DNA of 46,140 nt. It comes from an uncultured Clostridia bacterium. GTDB taxonomy: Bacteria; Bacillota; Clostridia; Christensenellales; UBA1242. The notes beneath the pieces are model-generated. The model saw only the letters and a program-made list of their open reading frames with translations, was not told the origin of the DNA and did not search any database. The stretch is from the NCBI GenBank assembly GCA_944372675.1, contig CALVZW010000002.1, positions 1-46,140 on the forward strand. Direction: 5' to 3'. Position numbers and translations under genes: made by a program. This document shows positions 1 to 9,379 of this stretch, one piece after another (position 1 is the first letter of the stretch; each line of letters opens with the position of its first letter).

Positions 1-695
1 GCAAATGCCCCATTTGCCCCTTTTCTGCTTGCACCTTGACAATGCTTTTGTAATTCAGTAATTTTGTTTAGTAAATCCTCTTTTGAATTTGAAGATAATT
101 CCCGTACCAAAGTACTTGGGTCATCTTTGTCAAGATAAATACCTTCAAGCATAGTGAGTAATAATAATTTTTTTGCTTTTGTTAAAACTGCAATTTGTGT
201 TGCTGTTTCATCATTATCAATACACTCAACGACATTTTGCCCTTTTTCTCGCAATAAATTAATTTCTAATTTTCTGCATTCTTCACTTGAAATACAATCG
301 TTATAATTAATAACTGCTACGGCATTTTGTTGCGAACATCTTTGCAAAAATCCTAAAAGATGCTGTCTTTTATCTTTATCATTAAAATGTTGATGCTCAA
401 CTAATACTTGTCTTAATGAATATTTTGGATTTAAGAATTCTCTATATAGATTCATAAGAATTGTTTGACCTTGAGAAGCATAGTCTGCTTTATAAAACTG
501 TTGATTTTCATCTAACTCACAACCATTTCTTTTTATATAATCTAATTTTCCAACTACTGCTGCCCCACTTGTAACAAGTATGGTATTTTCGTTTAAATCT
601 TTTGAAAGTTGAGATATAACATTATAGTCAATACCATCTCCCTTATCATTAACAAGTGCCATTGACCCAATTTTTATTACTATTAAATCACTCAT
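1..695 (-). CDS. Amino-acid kinase family protein resembling glutamate 5-kinase. The N-terminus is present; the C-terminus runs off the left edge of the window.
   Basis: My own minus-strand translation from the ATG at 695-693 gives MSDLIVIKIGSMALV...ILVTSGAAVVGKL...SQGQTILMNLYREF...VINYNDCIS...ECIDNDETATQIAVLTKAKKLLLLT...GASRKGANGA. This follows the ProB/AAK pattern (VKxGS, TSGA, GQ..LM, NEND, DND, GxGGM-like). The ORF is not in the supplied track because it is open at the window edge. Confidence 0.55.
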   Translation of the reverse strand, partial: MSDLIVIKIGSMALVNDKGDGIDYNVISQLSKDLNENTILVTSGAAVVGKLDYIKRNGCELDENQQFYKADYASQGQTILMNLYREFLNPKYSLRQVLVEHQHFNDKDKRQHLLGFLQRCSQQNAVAVINYNDCISSEECRKLEINLLREKGQNVVECIDNDETATQIAVLTKAKKLLLLTMLEGIYLDKDDPSTLVRELSSNSKEDLLNKITELQKHCQGASRKGANGAF

Positions 696-814
696 TTTTT
701 TCCTTTTTATTATTTAATAAGTTAATAAGTTAATTTTAGCATATCAAATTAAACTAACATATAAATTAAACAACAAATATTTTCATTATTTAAACTTTTT
801 TTAATTTATTAAAT

Positions 815-1249
815 TTACATTACTAATTCTGCTTCTTCATTTTTAGTGTTTTTTTTAGTAGTATATACTAAATCATCACAAAAATTAATAAAATTTACAA
901 CATTTTCAATATTCATATTATATTCAGTTTCATAACTATAATAATCTTCAAAATTGTCTCTCATAAAATTTAAATACACATTTGTATTTTTTTGTAAAGA
1001 TACAGGTGCAAAATTTGGAGTTTTAAATTTAATATAACTACAATCGTCAAAAACAAATATGTCCCCATTATTTATTTTAGCAATTACATAATCATTACCG
1101 TTATTATGTTTAACTTCATATTCGGCTAAAGAACTATTTAAAATTGAAGACAAATTTTTAGTATAGTATGGTTCAGATTTTGCCTCCAAAAGTAACATTG
1201 TTTTTATCATTTCTTTTATTTGCTTTGGTTTCAATTTACCTATGTACAT
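815..1249 (-). CDS. Hypothetical protein, 144 aa, no recognisable motif.
   Basis: ORF from the track. It sits in its own intergenic context and has no TM segment or signal peptide. I recognise no family. Confidence 0.45.
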   Translation of the reverse strand: MYIGKLKPKQIKEMIKTMLLLEAKSEPYYTKNLSSILNSSLAEYEVKHNNGNDYVIAKINNGDIFVFDDCSYIKFKTPNFAPVSLQKNTNVYLNFMRDNFEDYYSYETEYNMNIENVVNFINFCDDLVYTTKKNTKNEEAELVM

Positions 1250-1430
1250 AGTTTTATCCCTTTGTTCATTATATTCGCAATTATTCTATTTTGTTTTTTT
1301 AGAAAAAATAACAAGCAAAATTACATTAAAAAAATATTAAATCTTAGATAATAATTATACAATAATAATTAATATAAAGCAAACAAATTTATTATGCATT
1401 TATAATTTTTTAAAATAACTAATAATATTA

Positions 1431-1459
1431 TTGATTAAATAATTATTTTTTGCTATAAT
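1431..1459 (+). promoter_or_regulatory. Sigma-A type promoter for trpS.
   Basis: TTGATT (1431-1436), a 17-nt spacer, then TATAAT (1454-1459). An RBS (TAGGAGA, 1468-1474) follows, and the ATG is at 1480. Confidence 0.55.
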
Positions 1460-1479
1460 AAATGAATTAGGAGATATCT

Positions 1480-2553
1480 ATGAAAGCAACAAAAGTACTA
1501 TTAACAGGTGATAGGCCAACAGGCAATTTACATATAGGACATTACATTGGCTCATTGCGTCAAAGAGTGGAAATGCAAAACAGCGGAAACTATGAGCCTT
1601 ACATTTTAATTGCAGATGCACAAGCACTAACCGATAATGCCGACAATCCTGAAAAGGTAAGAACAAATATTATTGAAGTTTGTTTAGATTATTTAGGAGT
1701 AGGAATTGACCCAACAAAATCAACTATTGGCATACAATCTCACATTTACCCCCTTACTGAATTGACTTTTTATTATATGAATTTAGTAACATTAGCAAGA
1801 TTACAACGAAATCCCACAGTTAAAGCGGAAATGAAACAAAAAAATTATGGTGCTAATGTTCCTGTTGGCTTTTTGACATATCCAATAAGTCAAGCAGCCG
1901 ATATTACTGCATTTAATGCACAAGTTGTTCCTGTTGGCGAAGACCAACTGCCTGTTATTGAACAAACTTGCGAAATTGTCAACTCATTTAATAGAATATA
2001 TGGGGAAACACTTGTAACACCTAAAGCAATTTTAGATAGCAACACTGCGTGTCGTAGATTAGTCGGATTAGACGGAAATGCAAAAATGAGTAAATCATTA
2101 GGCAATACAATAAATTTAAAAGACGAACCCGATGTAATAAAACAAAAAGTTATGAGTATGTACACTGACCCTAACCATATTCGCATTGAAGATGCAGGTA
2201 AAGTTGAAGGTAATACAGTTTTTGCTTACTTAGATGCTTTTTCAACCGATTTACAAATTGAAGCATTAAGCGAATACAAAACTTTAGACGAAATGAAAGA
2301 ACATTATCGCAAAGGTGGTCTAGGCGATGTCAAAATAAAGAAAATTTTAAATGAAATTTTGCAAACAACTTTAACACCAATAAGAGAAAGACGAAAACAA
2401 TTTGAAAATGACAAATCTTATGTTATGGAAATTTTAAAACAAGGTAGCGATAAAATGTTGCAAATTGCTTTAAACACTTTAAACAGAGTAAAAACAAATA
2501 TGGGTATAAATTACTTTAATGATAATTCATTTTTTGAAAACTATTTAAAATAA
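1480..2553 (+). CDS. trpS: Tryptophan--tRNA ligase (class I).
   Basis: N-terminal GDRPTGNLHIGHY carries the HIGH motif and KMSKSLGN carries KMSKS. The 357-aa length and overall pattern are typical of bacterial TrpRS. Confidence 0.92.
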   Translation: MKATKVLLTGDRPTGNLHIGHYIGSLRQRVEMQNSGNYEPYILIADAQALTDNADNPEKVRTNIIEVCLDYLGVGIDPTKSTIGIQSHIYPLTELTFYYMNLVTLARLQRNPTVKAEMKQKNYGANVPVGFLTYPISQAADITAFNAQVVPVGEDQLPVIEQTCEIVNSFNRIYGETLVTPKAILDSNTACRRLVGLDGNAKMSKSLGNTINLKDEPDVIKQKVMSMYTDPNHIRIEDAGKVEGNTVFAYLDAFSTDLQIEALSEYKTLDEMKEHYRKGGLGDVKIKKILNEILQTTLTPIRERRKQFENDKSYVMEILKQGSDKMLQIALNTLNRVKTNMGINYFNDNSFFENYLK

Positions 2554-2578
2554 AGCAAATTCGATTTTGCTTTTTTTA
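2553..2578 (+). terminator. Intrinsic terminator of trpS.
   Basis: Stem AAGCAAA (2553-2559) pairs with TTTGCTT (2566-2572) and is followed by a T-run. It overlaps the TAA stop. Confidence 0.7.
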
Positions 2579-2580
2579 TT

Positions 2581-3548
2581 TACTTTTAATTAATTAAAAT
2601 TATATCGTAAAAATATGTATAAGTGAATTTTAAAACACTTTTTATTTAAAACATATTAAGAATTATTACTATTACAAAAAAATTTATATATTGTTTAAAT
2701 GCAAAAACTTACAATAATTTTATTTTAACATATAAATTATAATTAATTTCCAAAATTTTAATATGTTATTTTTTTAATATGTTATTTAAAACATATTAAT
2801 TTTTTTGCACATAAATCACAATATAAATTTTAATATATGCAAAATTTTGAATTTAAATAAAATAAAATTTAATACGATTAAAATATTATTTTTTACAATT
2901 TTTTATTTTTATACATAAATTTTATTATCAAATTAATATTTTAAAATACTATAATTTAATAAAAATTTATTTAAAAAAGTAATATCGTATTGTCTTTAAT
3001 TTTACAAGATAGGATTAAATTATAACAATAAAGAATTTTTGTGTGTTAAAAAAATCTAACTCATATACTAAAATTAAATAAATTAATATTATTTATAATG
3101 CTTACACCCTACCTTTTCTATACTTTTGAATTTAATAAATACAAATAAAAAAGATAAATATACAAATAAACAAATAACATAGAATATGTAAAGTTTATTA
3201 AATAAATACTCAAATTTTTAAGATAAAAACTTTAAAACTTACATAGTTTATAAAAAAAACTACTATGATTTAAAGAATACAAATTTTTTTAATTTTAATT
3301 AATATGGTAAATTCGTGAAATATAAGTATTTCTTACTTCAATATATTTCTGCTAAAAGAAAATAAAATTAAATTTTGATTAATTTTTTTAATTAATGAAC
3401 AAGTTGCTAAAAATATCTTTACAATAAATTAATTATTATAAAAAATTTAATTTACAGTATATCATACAATAAATTAAAATAAAAATAATTATTATATTAA
3501 ATTTTTAAGTTAAATAAGTTTTGTTATAAATAAAAATTATAAATATAC
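2581..3548. other. Extremely AT-rich, ORF-free spacer of about 1 kb.
   Basis: No ORF of 60 aa or more in any frame in the track. It contains an exact 18-nt repeat, TTATTTAAAACATATTAA, at 2642-2659 and 2782-2799. The second copy lies within a 10-bp inverted repeat, TTAATATGTT/AACATATTAA, at about 2775-2800. Confidence 0.6.
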
Positions 3549-3575
3549 AAAAAAAAACACCCTGATGGGTGTTTT
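3549..3575 (-). terminator. Strong intrinsic terminator oriented for the minus strand, weaker on the plus strand.
   Basis: GC-containing stem ACACCC (3557-3562) pairs with GGGTGT (3567-3572) around the loop TGAT. On the minus strand a run of 9 U follows (complement of the A-run at 3549-3557). On the plus strand only TTTT follows. Confidence 0.7.
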
Positions 3576-3764
3576 CTCGCCTTGTGCGTTTATTAATATT
3601 AATATTTCATTAATGTCATTCAATAGTTTTAACAAAACATTAAAACTCAATTCACTTCAACAATTCCATATCAATTTAACAAACAGACGAATACAATTAA
3701 CCACAAAATTGAACTTTTGCAATTAAATGTATGGTCTAGGTTAAATTGCCTATCAATGCTTATT

Positions 3765-4926
3765 GCATCAAATAATGGAATAAATTTGATGCTGTAATGT
3801 ACTAAGCAATACATCACTGAATTTAACATCTACAGTTAGATGTATTCAAGTTAAAATCTAGAATAAAGATTAACATTTTTTAACACTTAGTCTTGTGTAA
3901 CTATTTTAAATTCTTAGTCTTGAACCTATTTTTTACTTCTTTCGTTTGAAGACTATTTTTTATTTCTTTTGTATGAAAATCATTTTTCAGTTCTTAGATG
4001 TGAACACAAATACAATCTATTTGCAAGATACCATCTTTTATTTCTTAGGCTCGAAAACTTAATTTTAATTCATAAGTTAGAATACAATTTTTAACTCTTT
4101 GTATGAGTATGGTTTGAAACTCTACCACCTGAGTTGCAATTTTACTCTTATGCTTGAGTGCAATTTTATTCTCTTTGCTTGAGTTTTAGATTTTTACTTC
4201 TTCTAATTGAACAACAAATTTTAGTTCTATATTGTGAACTCTTGTTTTTTACTTCTTAAGAATGAAGACTATTTTTTATTTCTTTCGTATGAAAATCATT
4301 TTTCAGTTCTTAGATTTGAACACAAATACAATCTATTTGCAAGATACCATCTTTTACTTCTTAGGCACGAACACTTAGTTTTACTTCCTAAGTTAGAACA
4401 CACTTTTTAACTCTATGTATGAGCACCGTTTTTAATTCTCGGTGAGAATACCATTTTTATTTCTTGGCTTGAAATCTAATTTAATGCCCTAGCAGGCACT
4501 CATTTAAACTTTGAGTAAGCAATAAGTAATCCACTTATTAAAGAGATTTGACTTCTTTTCTGAATATGCCTTGACGCAAGCACTACGCCCTAATAAAGTT
4601 TAGGAAAACTTGCATTTTTTCAATTCTTATGCGTGAATACTGAATTAGTCTACAGTTTGACACCTTGTTTGAAGCCTTAGGTTAACTGCAAAATTTTATA
4701 GTCTGTGCTTGACTACTTATATGAAGTTATAAGCCGACTACCTAATTTGGTCTAGGTCAACCATCCTAACAAGTTTAGGACCACTACTCACCTTTAAGTC
4801 TGAGCAAGACTACCCACTTAAAGACCAGGCGGGACTTCTCTATTAAGCTAGAGATACTACTATGAGGACTCTCACAGTTCAAGAGTAAATTTTAAATCTT
4901 CACCTCGATTTTGTTGCTTTCGCAAC
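3765..4926 (-). ncRNA. Candidate large non-coding RNA or tuf 3' tail made of about 40 tandem short stem-loops. Strand is inferred and the family is unknown.
   Basis: One hairpin recurs about every 23-32 nt with the plus-strand unit T-run, A, N, YTC, 7-8 nt loop, GAR, N', AC. By eye I count 14 TTC-N8-GAA, 6 CTC-Nx-GAG and 3 GTC-N7/8-GAC, plus longer stems at 3765-3792 (9 bp), 3826-3843 (7 bp), 4435-4449 (6 bp) and 4837-4854 (6 bp). Stem bases change in pairs between units. There is no ORF. The minus-strand assignment rests on co-orientation with tuf, the terminator at 3549-3575, and the GNRA (GAAA) loop that the hairpin at 4913-4926 has only on the minus strand. Confidence 0.4.
3929..4423. repeat. 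Segmental direct duplication inside the hairpin array: copy A 3929-4107, copy B 4245-4423, offset 316 nt.
   Basis: My by-eye alignment gives 179 nt per copy with no indels and about 15 mismatches. Each copy spans about 8 hairpin units, including the CAAATA-CAATC-TATTTG and AAGAT-ACC-ATCTT hairpins. Confidence 0.85.
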
Positions 4927-5007
4927 TAAGTTAGGTTTTTAGTTTGTTTTAAAAATTTTCATAATCAAATTTTAGAAAACTTTGCAGGGTTAAGTCTAAA
5001 ACTTAAA

Positions 5008-6210
5008 TTATTTAATAATTTTTGCAACAACACCAGAACCTACTGTGCTACCGCCTTCACGGATAGCGAAACGCAATCCTTCTTCGATAGCGATTGGTGT
5101 AATCAAGCGAACAGTCATAGAAATGTTGTCGCCTGGCATTACCATTTCAACGCCTTCAGGTAATTCAATTGTACCTGTTACGTCTGTTGTTCTGAAGTAG
5201 AATTGTGGACGATAACCATTGAAGAATGGTGTGTGTCTTCCGCCTTCTTCTTTCTTCAAAATGTAAACTTCTGCTGTGAATTCTGTGTGTGGTGTAATTG
5301 ATTTTTGTGCAGCAATTACTTGACCTCTTTCGATGTCTTTCTTTTCAATGCCTCTCAATAACAATCCAACATTATCACCTGCTTCAGCTTCATCCATCAT
5401 CTTGTGGAACATTTCAATTCCTGTGATGGTTGTTGTTCTAGGTTCACGGATGCCGACAATTTCAACAACATCCCCCATCTTTACAGTTCCTCTTTCTACT
5501 CTACCAGTTGCAACTGTACCACGACCTGTGATCGTAAATACATCTTCCACTGGAAGCAAGAAAGGCTTATCTGTTGCACGAACTGGGTCAGGTACATAAG
5601 TATCCAACGCATTCATCAATTCGTCAATGCACTTGAGGTCTGGTGAATCTGTTTGACCAGCATCTGCTGCTTGAAGTGCTTTCAATGCAGAACCTTTAAT
5701 AATTGGAGTTGTATCTCCTGGGAAACCGTACTTATTTAATAAGTCTCTAATTTCCATTTCGACTAAGTCAATTAACTCAGGGTCATCAACTTGGTCAGTT
5801 TTGTTCATAAATACCACGATGTATGGAACGCCAACTTGTCTAGCAAGAAGAATGTGTTCCATTGTTTGTGGCATTGGACCATCAGATGCTGCAACGACGA
5901 GGATAGCTGCGTCCATTTGTGCAGCACCGGTAATCATGTTCTTGACATAGTCCTTGTGTCCCGGACAGTCTACGTGAGCATAGTGACGAGTCGCTGTTGA
6001 ATATTCTTGGTGAGATGTATTAATTGTAATACCTCTCGCTCTTTCCTCTGGCGCAGCATCAATATCAGCATAGTTTCTTGCTTGTGCAAGACCTAACAAT
6101 GCTTGTCTTTTTGTAATTGCTGCAGTCAAAGTAGTCTTACCATGGTCAACGTGACCGATAGTACCAACATTCAAGTTTACTTTGTCTTTAACAAACTTTT
6201 GTTTTGCCAT
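5008..6210 (-). CDS. tuf: Elongation factor Tu.
   Basis: [15 protein letters not shown] and NKTD GTPase motifs. Full-length at 400 aa with the typical EF-Tu sequence throughout. Confidence 0.98.
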   Translation of the reverse strand: MAKQKFVKDKVNLNVGTIGHVDHGKTTLTAAITKRQALLGLAQARNYADIDAAPEERARGITINTSHQEYSTATRHYAHVDCPGHKDYVKNMITGAAQMDAAILVVAASDGPMPQTMEHILLARQVGVPYIVVFMNKTDQVDDPELIDLVEMEIRDLLNKYGFPGDTTPIIKGSALKALQAADAGQTDSPDLKCIDELMNALDTYVPDPVRATDKPFLLPVEDVFTITGRGTVATGRVERGTVKMGDVVEIVGIREPRTTTITGIEMFHKMMDEAEAGDNVGLLLRGIEKKDIERGQVIAAQKSITPHTEFTAEVYILKKEEGGRHTPFFNGYRPQFYFRTTDVTGTIELPEGVEMVMPGDNISMTVRLITPIAIEEGLRFAIREGGSTVGSGVVAKIIK

Positions 6211-6447
6211 TTTGTTCTCCTTTATAAAGTTCGATAGCGCTATTTACTTAATCGGCATAGTATCTTTACTATTTTAAATAATCTCCAAGTGTCGCGATCA
6301 CTCTTAAATTAGTTAAAATTGCTTGTTATCTAACCTAATTTACATTCATAAAACTCGCGAATTTTAATCCTATAAATCAAGTAAAACAACTATGCGGGTA
6401 AAGATTCATTACCAACTAAAATTGTAATGGATGCTATCCCAGTATTA

Positions 6448-6476
6448 AGTATAGCGAAATTTTGATTTAATGTCAA
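6448..6476 (-). promoter_or_regulatory. Dedicated sigma-A promoter for tuf.
   Basis: On the minus strand: TTGACA (6476-6471), a 17-nt spacer, then TATACT (6453-6448). This implies a leader of about 230 nt before the tuf ATG at 6210. Confidence 0.6.
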
Positions 6477-6668
6477 ATGTTTTATGCATAATTTTCTTAT
6501 TTTTTATAATTACTTAAAACCGAATTATTTTTTTTGTTTGTTGTGTTTTATTACTATAATTACTTTTTAATTATTAAAACATTTTTTAGCTTTTAATAAG
6601 TTTAATAATTTTTAAGAAAAGTTGCTTTGCTTTAGCGCCATTTGACAAATCACCAAAGCAAAATTTAA

Positions 6669-8741
6669 TTAATTAGCCTTTGCTCTTTCGCCAATAATTT
6701 TATCAGCGACAAACTTAGGAACTTCTGCATAATGGTCAAGTGTCATTTGGAATGTTCCACGACCTTGTGTAAGTGAACGCAAGTCTGTAGCATAACCAAA
6801 CATTTCTGCTAATGGTATTTCAGCATTAATAATTTGTTGTCCATCTCTGCTTTCCATTTCCTTTAAGTTACCACGACGACGGTTAATATCACCCATAACA
6901 TCGCCAAGATATTCTTCAGGAACTTGTACATTTGTTTTCATTATTGGTTCAAGAATTACTGCATTACCAGCCTTTGCACCTTCTTTAAATGCCATTGAGC
7001 CGGCAATCTTAAATGCCATTTCAGATGAATCGACATCGTGGTATGAACCATCAACAACAGTAACTTTAAAGTCAACAGTTTCAAATCCAGCAAGTATACC
7101 ATTCATTCTTGCTTCATTAATACCTGCCTCAATTGCTGGTATATATTCTTTTGGTATTGAACCACCAACTGTTTTATCTTCAAATACAAATCCTGAACCT
7201 GCTTCTAATGGTTCCATTTTAATGATACAATGTCCATATTGTCCCTTACCACCAGATTGACGGATATATTTTCCTTCAACTTCAACTGGCTTTTTAATTG
7301 TTTCACGGTAAGCAACTTGTGGTTTACCAATGTTTGCTTCAACCTTAAATTCTCTTAACAATCTATCTCTGTAGATATCAAGTTGCAATTCACCGATACC
7401 AGCCATAATAGTTTGACCACTTTCTGGGTCTGTATATGTTTTGAATGTAGGGTCTTCTTTTGCAAATCTTAACAATGCAGCAACCATTTTTTCTTGTCCT
7501 TGCTTTGTTTTTGGTTCAATAGCAATTTGGATTACTGGTTCAACAAAGTGCATTGGTTCAAGAATAATTGAATGTGCTGGGTCGCAAAGTGTATCACCTG
7601 TTGTTGTATCTTTAAGACCAACAATAGCAGCAATATCACCTGCTCTAACTTCTTCAATTTCTTTTCTTTCATTTGCGTGCATTTGAACGATACGCCCAAC
7701 TCTTTCTTTTTTATCTTTACTTGAGTTAAGAACATATGAACCGCTTGTTAATACACCACTATATACTCTTATATATGTGATTGAACCATATGGGTCATCT
7801 GCAATTTTAAATGCAAGCGCGCTAAATGGTTCATCATCGCTTGTATGACGAACTTGTTCTCCGTCAGCACTTACAATTGGCGGTATATCAAGTGGTGATG
7901 GCATATAATCAACGATAGCATCAATTAATTTACGAACACCTTTGTTTTTATATGATGAACCACATAATACAAGGTTTAATTTATTTTCAATAACGCCTTT
8001 TCTTAATGCTTTCTTTAATTCTTCTTCAGAAATATCTTCTCCGCCTAAATATTTTTCAAGCAAAGCATCATCGCATTCTGCAGCCGCTTCAATCATTTTT
8101 TCACGATATTCCTTTGCCATATCTAACATATCAGCAGGAATTTCCTTTACAACTGGTTCTTTTGTTGCATCTTCTTCATCATAGTATGTTGCATCCATTT
8201 TAACAAGGTCAACAATACCAACAAATGTATCTGCAGCACCAATTGGTAATTGAATTGCAACTGGATTTGATTTTGGTAATCTCTTTTTCATCATTTCAAT
8301 AACGCGGAAGAAATTAGCATCATTTGTATCCATTTTGTTAACATAAGCAATTCTTGGAACATTACATTCGTTTGCTTGTTTCCAAACATTTTCAGATTGA
8401 GGTTGAACACCACCACGAGCACAAAATACTGCAATTGCACCATCTAGTACTTTTAATGAACGAGAAACTTCAATAGTAAAGTCTACGTGTCCAGGGGTGT
8501 CAATAACATTGATTCTTTTGCCTTTCCATTGAGTTGTGGTAGCAGCACTTGTTATTGTAATACCTCTTTCTTGTTCTTGGACCATCCAGTCCATAGTTGC
8601 AGCACCTTCGTGAACTTCACCGATTTTGTGAGTTTTACCAGTAAAATACAAAATTCTTTCAGTTGTTGTAGTTTTACCAGCGTCGATGTGTGCCATAATA
8701 CCGATATTACGGATATCAGCAAGAGCATATTCTCTAGCCAT
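6669..8741 (-). CDS. fusA: Elongation factor G.
   Basis: [21 protein letters not shown] and NKMD motifs. Full-length at 690 aa. Confidence 0.98.
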   Translation of the reverse strand: MAREYALADIRNIGIMAHIDAGKTTTTERILYFTGKTHKIGEVHEGAATMDWMVQEQERGITITSAATTTQWKGKRINVIDTPGHVDFTIEVSRSLKVLDGAIAVFCARGGVQPQSENVWKQANECNVPRIAYVNKMDTNDANFFRVIEMMKKRLPKSNPVAIQLPIGAADTFVGIVDLVKMDATYYDEEDATKEPVVKEIPADMLDMAKEYREKMIEAAAECDDALLEKYLGGEDISEEELKKALRKGVIENKLNLVLCGSSYKNKGVRKLIDAIVDYMPSPLDIPPIVSADGEQVRHTSDDEPFSALAFKIADDPYGSITYIRVYSGVLTSGSYVLNSSKDKKERVGRIVQMHANERKEIEEVRAGDIAAIVGLKDTTTGDTLCDPAHSIILEPMHFVEPVIQIAIEPKTKQGQEKMVAALLRFAKEDPTFKTYTDPESGQTIMAGIGELQLDIYRDRLLREFKVEANIGKPQVAYRETIKKPVEVEGKYIRQSGGKGQYGHCIIKMEPLEAGSGFVFEDKTVGGSIPKEYIPAIEAGINEARMNGILAGFETVDFKVTVVDGSYHDVDSSEMAFKIAGSMAFKEGAKAGNAVILEPIMKTNVQVPEEYLGDVMGDINRRRGNLKEMESRDGQQIINAEIPLAEMFGYATDLRSLTQGRGTFQMTLDHYAEVPKFVADKIIGERAKAN

Positions 8742-8866
8742 AATTTTCTCCTTATTTTTATAAATTTGTTAAATTTTTAAACAAAAAACAATCAAAAAAC
8801 TACACTATACTAGGTAAAAATATAAATTTAATAGTTATTTTAAAGTAGCATAGCATAGTTTTAAGA

Positions 8867-9340
8867 TTACCAACGCATATGAGCAAATGCTTTGTTTGCT
8901 TCGGCTTGTTTGTGCATTTCTTCTTTTCTTTTAATACTAGCACCAGTGTTGTTGTAAGCATCAACAAGTTCTGCAGCCAATCTTTCAATCATTGTTCTTT
9001 CACTTCTCTTTCTTGAGTAAGTAACTAACCAACGAATTGCAAGAGTTTGTTTTCTTTCTTTTGAAACTTCCATAGGCACTTGATAGTTAGCACCGCCACC
9101 AATTCTGCGAGCCTTTGTTTCAACAATAGGTGAAACATTTTCAATTACTTGATTGAAAACATCCATTTGAGGTGCGCCAATTTTAGCACTAGCAATATCA
9201 AAAGCATTGTAAACAATATTTTGAGCGATTTCTTTCTTACCATCTAACATAACTTGGTTAATAAGCTTAGTAACAACCTTTGAGTTATATCTTGGATCAG
9301 GAAGAACATCTTTTTTAGGTACTCCGCTTCTTCTAGCCAT
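8867..9340 (-). CDS. rpsG: 30S ribosomal protein S7.
   Basis: 157 aa, MARR...LPDP.Y.S..V.K..N..M..GKK...ERL..EL.DA...G....KKE..HK.AEAN.AFAH.RW, in the conserved str-operon position. Confidence 0.97.
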   Translation of the reverse strand: MARRSGVPKKDVLPDPRYNSKVVTKLINQVMLDGKKEIAQNIVYNAFDIASAKIGAPQMDVFNQVIENVSPIVETKARRIGGGANYQVPMEVSKERKQTLAIRWLVTYSRKRSERTMIERLAAELVDAYNNTGASIKRKEEMHKQAEANKAFAHMRW

Positions 9341-9379
9341 TTTATCTTCTCCTTTTTAGTTTATTTATTTATTCGACTA

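Noticed and set aside
1260-1479. A T-box or other riboswitch upstream of trpS.
   Set aside because: The region is almost pure A/T with no specifier or antiterminator helices and no T-box consensus (AATTAGGGTGGTACCGCG-like). A consensus promoter sits only about 20 nt from the ATG.
3170-3205. A possible dif (XerCD) site around ATAACATAGAATATGTAAAGTTTATTAA.
   Set aside because: It resembles the Firmicute dif sequence (…TAGAATATATATTATGTAAACT) only loosely. Neither orientation reproduces the 11-6-11 arm/spacer arrangement or the XerD-arm consensus. In DNA this AT-rich, such partial matches are expected.
4815-4845. On the minus strand, AGAGAAGUCCCGCCUGG resembles the RNase P RNA P4 element GAGGAAAGUCCGGGC.
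   Set aside because: This is only a short partial match. I could not find the other universally conserved RNase P segments or its GC-rich helices in the surroundings, and the context is just another unit of the hairpin array.
3765-4926. Whether the periodic array is a CRISPR array.
   Set aside because: CRISPR arrays have near-identical repeats of 24-37 nt separated by unique spacers. Here no unit is repeated exactly apart from the 179-nt block duplication. Only the hairpin architecture is conserved, the period varies from 23 to 32 nt, and no cas genes are nearby.
3765-4926. Whether the array is a type III toxin-antitoxin (ToxI-like) antitoxin RNA repeat array.
   Set aside because: As I recall them, ToxI-type arrays consist of only a few near-identical repeats of roughly 35 nt, followed immediately by the toxin endoribonuclease gene. 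This array has about 40 degenerate units and no adjacent ORF on either strand.
2554-5007. Whether the ORF-free region is a real gene hidden by an alternative genetic code.
   Set aside because: Neighbouring genes, including a 4757-codon ORF, read through cleanly under the standard code with TGG for Trp and TAA, TAG and TGA as stops. Stops of all three kinds are frequent in every frame of this region, and the roughly 26-nt periodicity is not a multiple of three.
5333-8780. Antisense and off-frame ORFs nested inside tuf and fusA (for example 5333-5599, 5404-5646, 5791-6000, 7441-7686, 7532-7735, 7942-8184, 8006-8203, 8487-8780).
   Set aside because: They lie entirely within strongly conserved genes, are low-complexity or Ser/Cys-rich shadow frames, and have no RBS. 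These are typical spurious ORFs.
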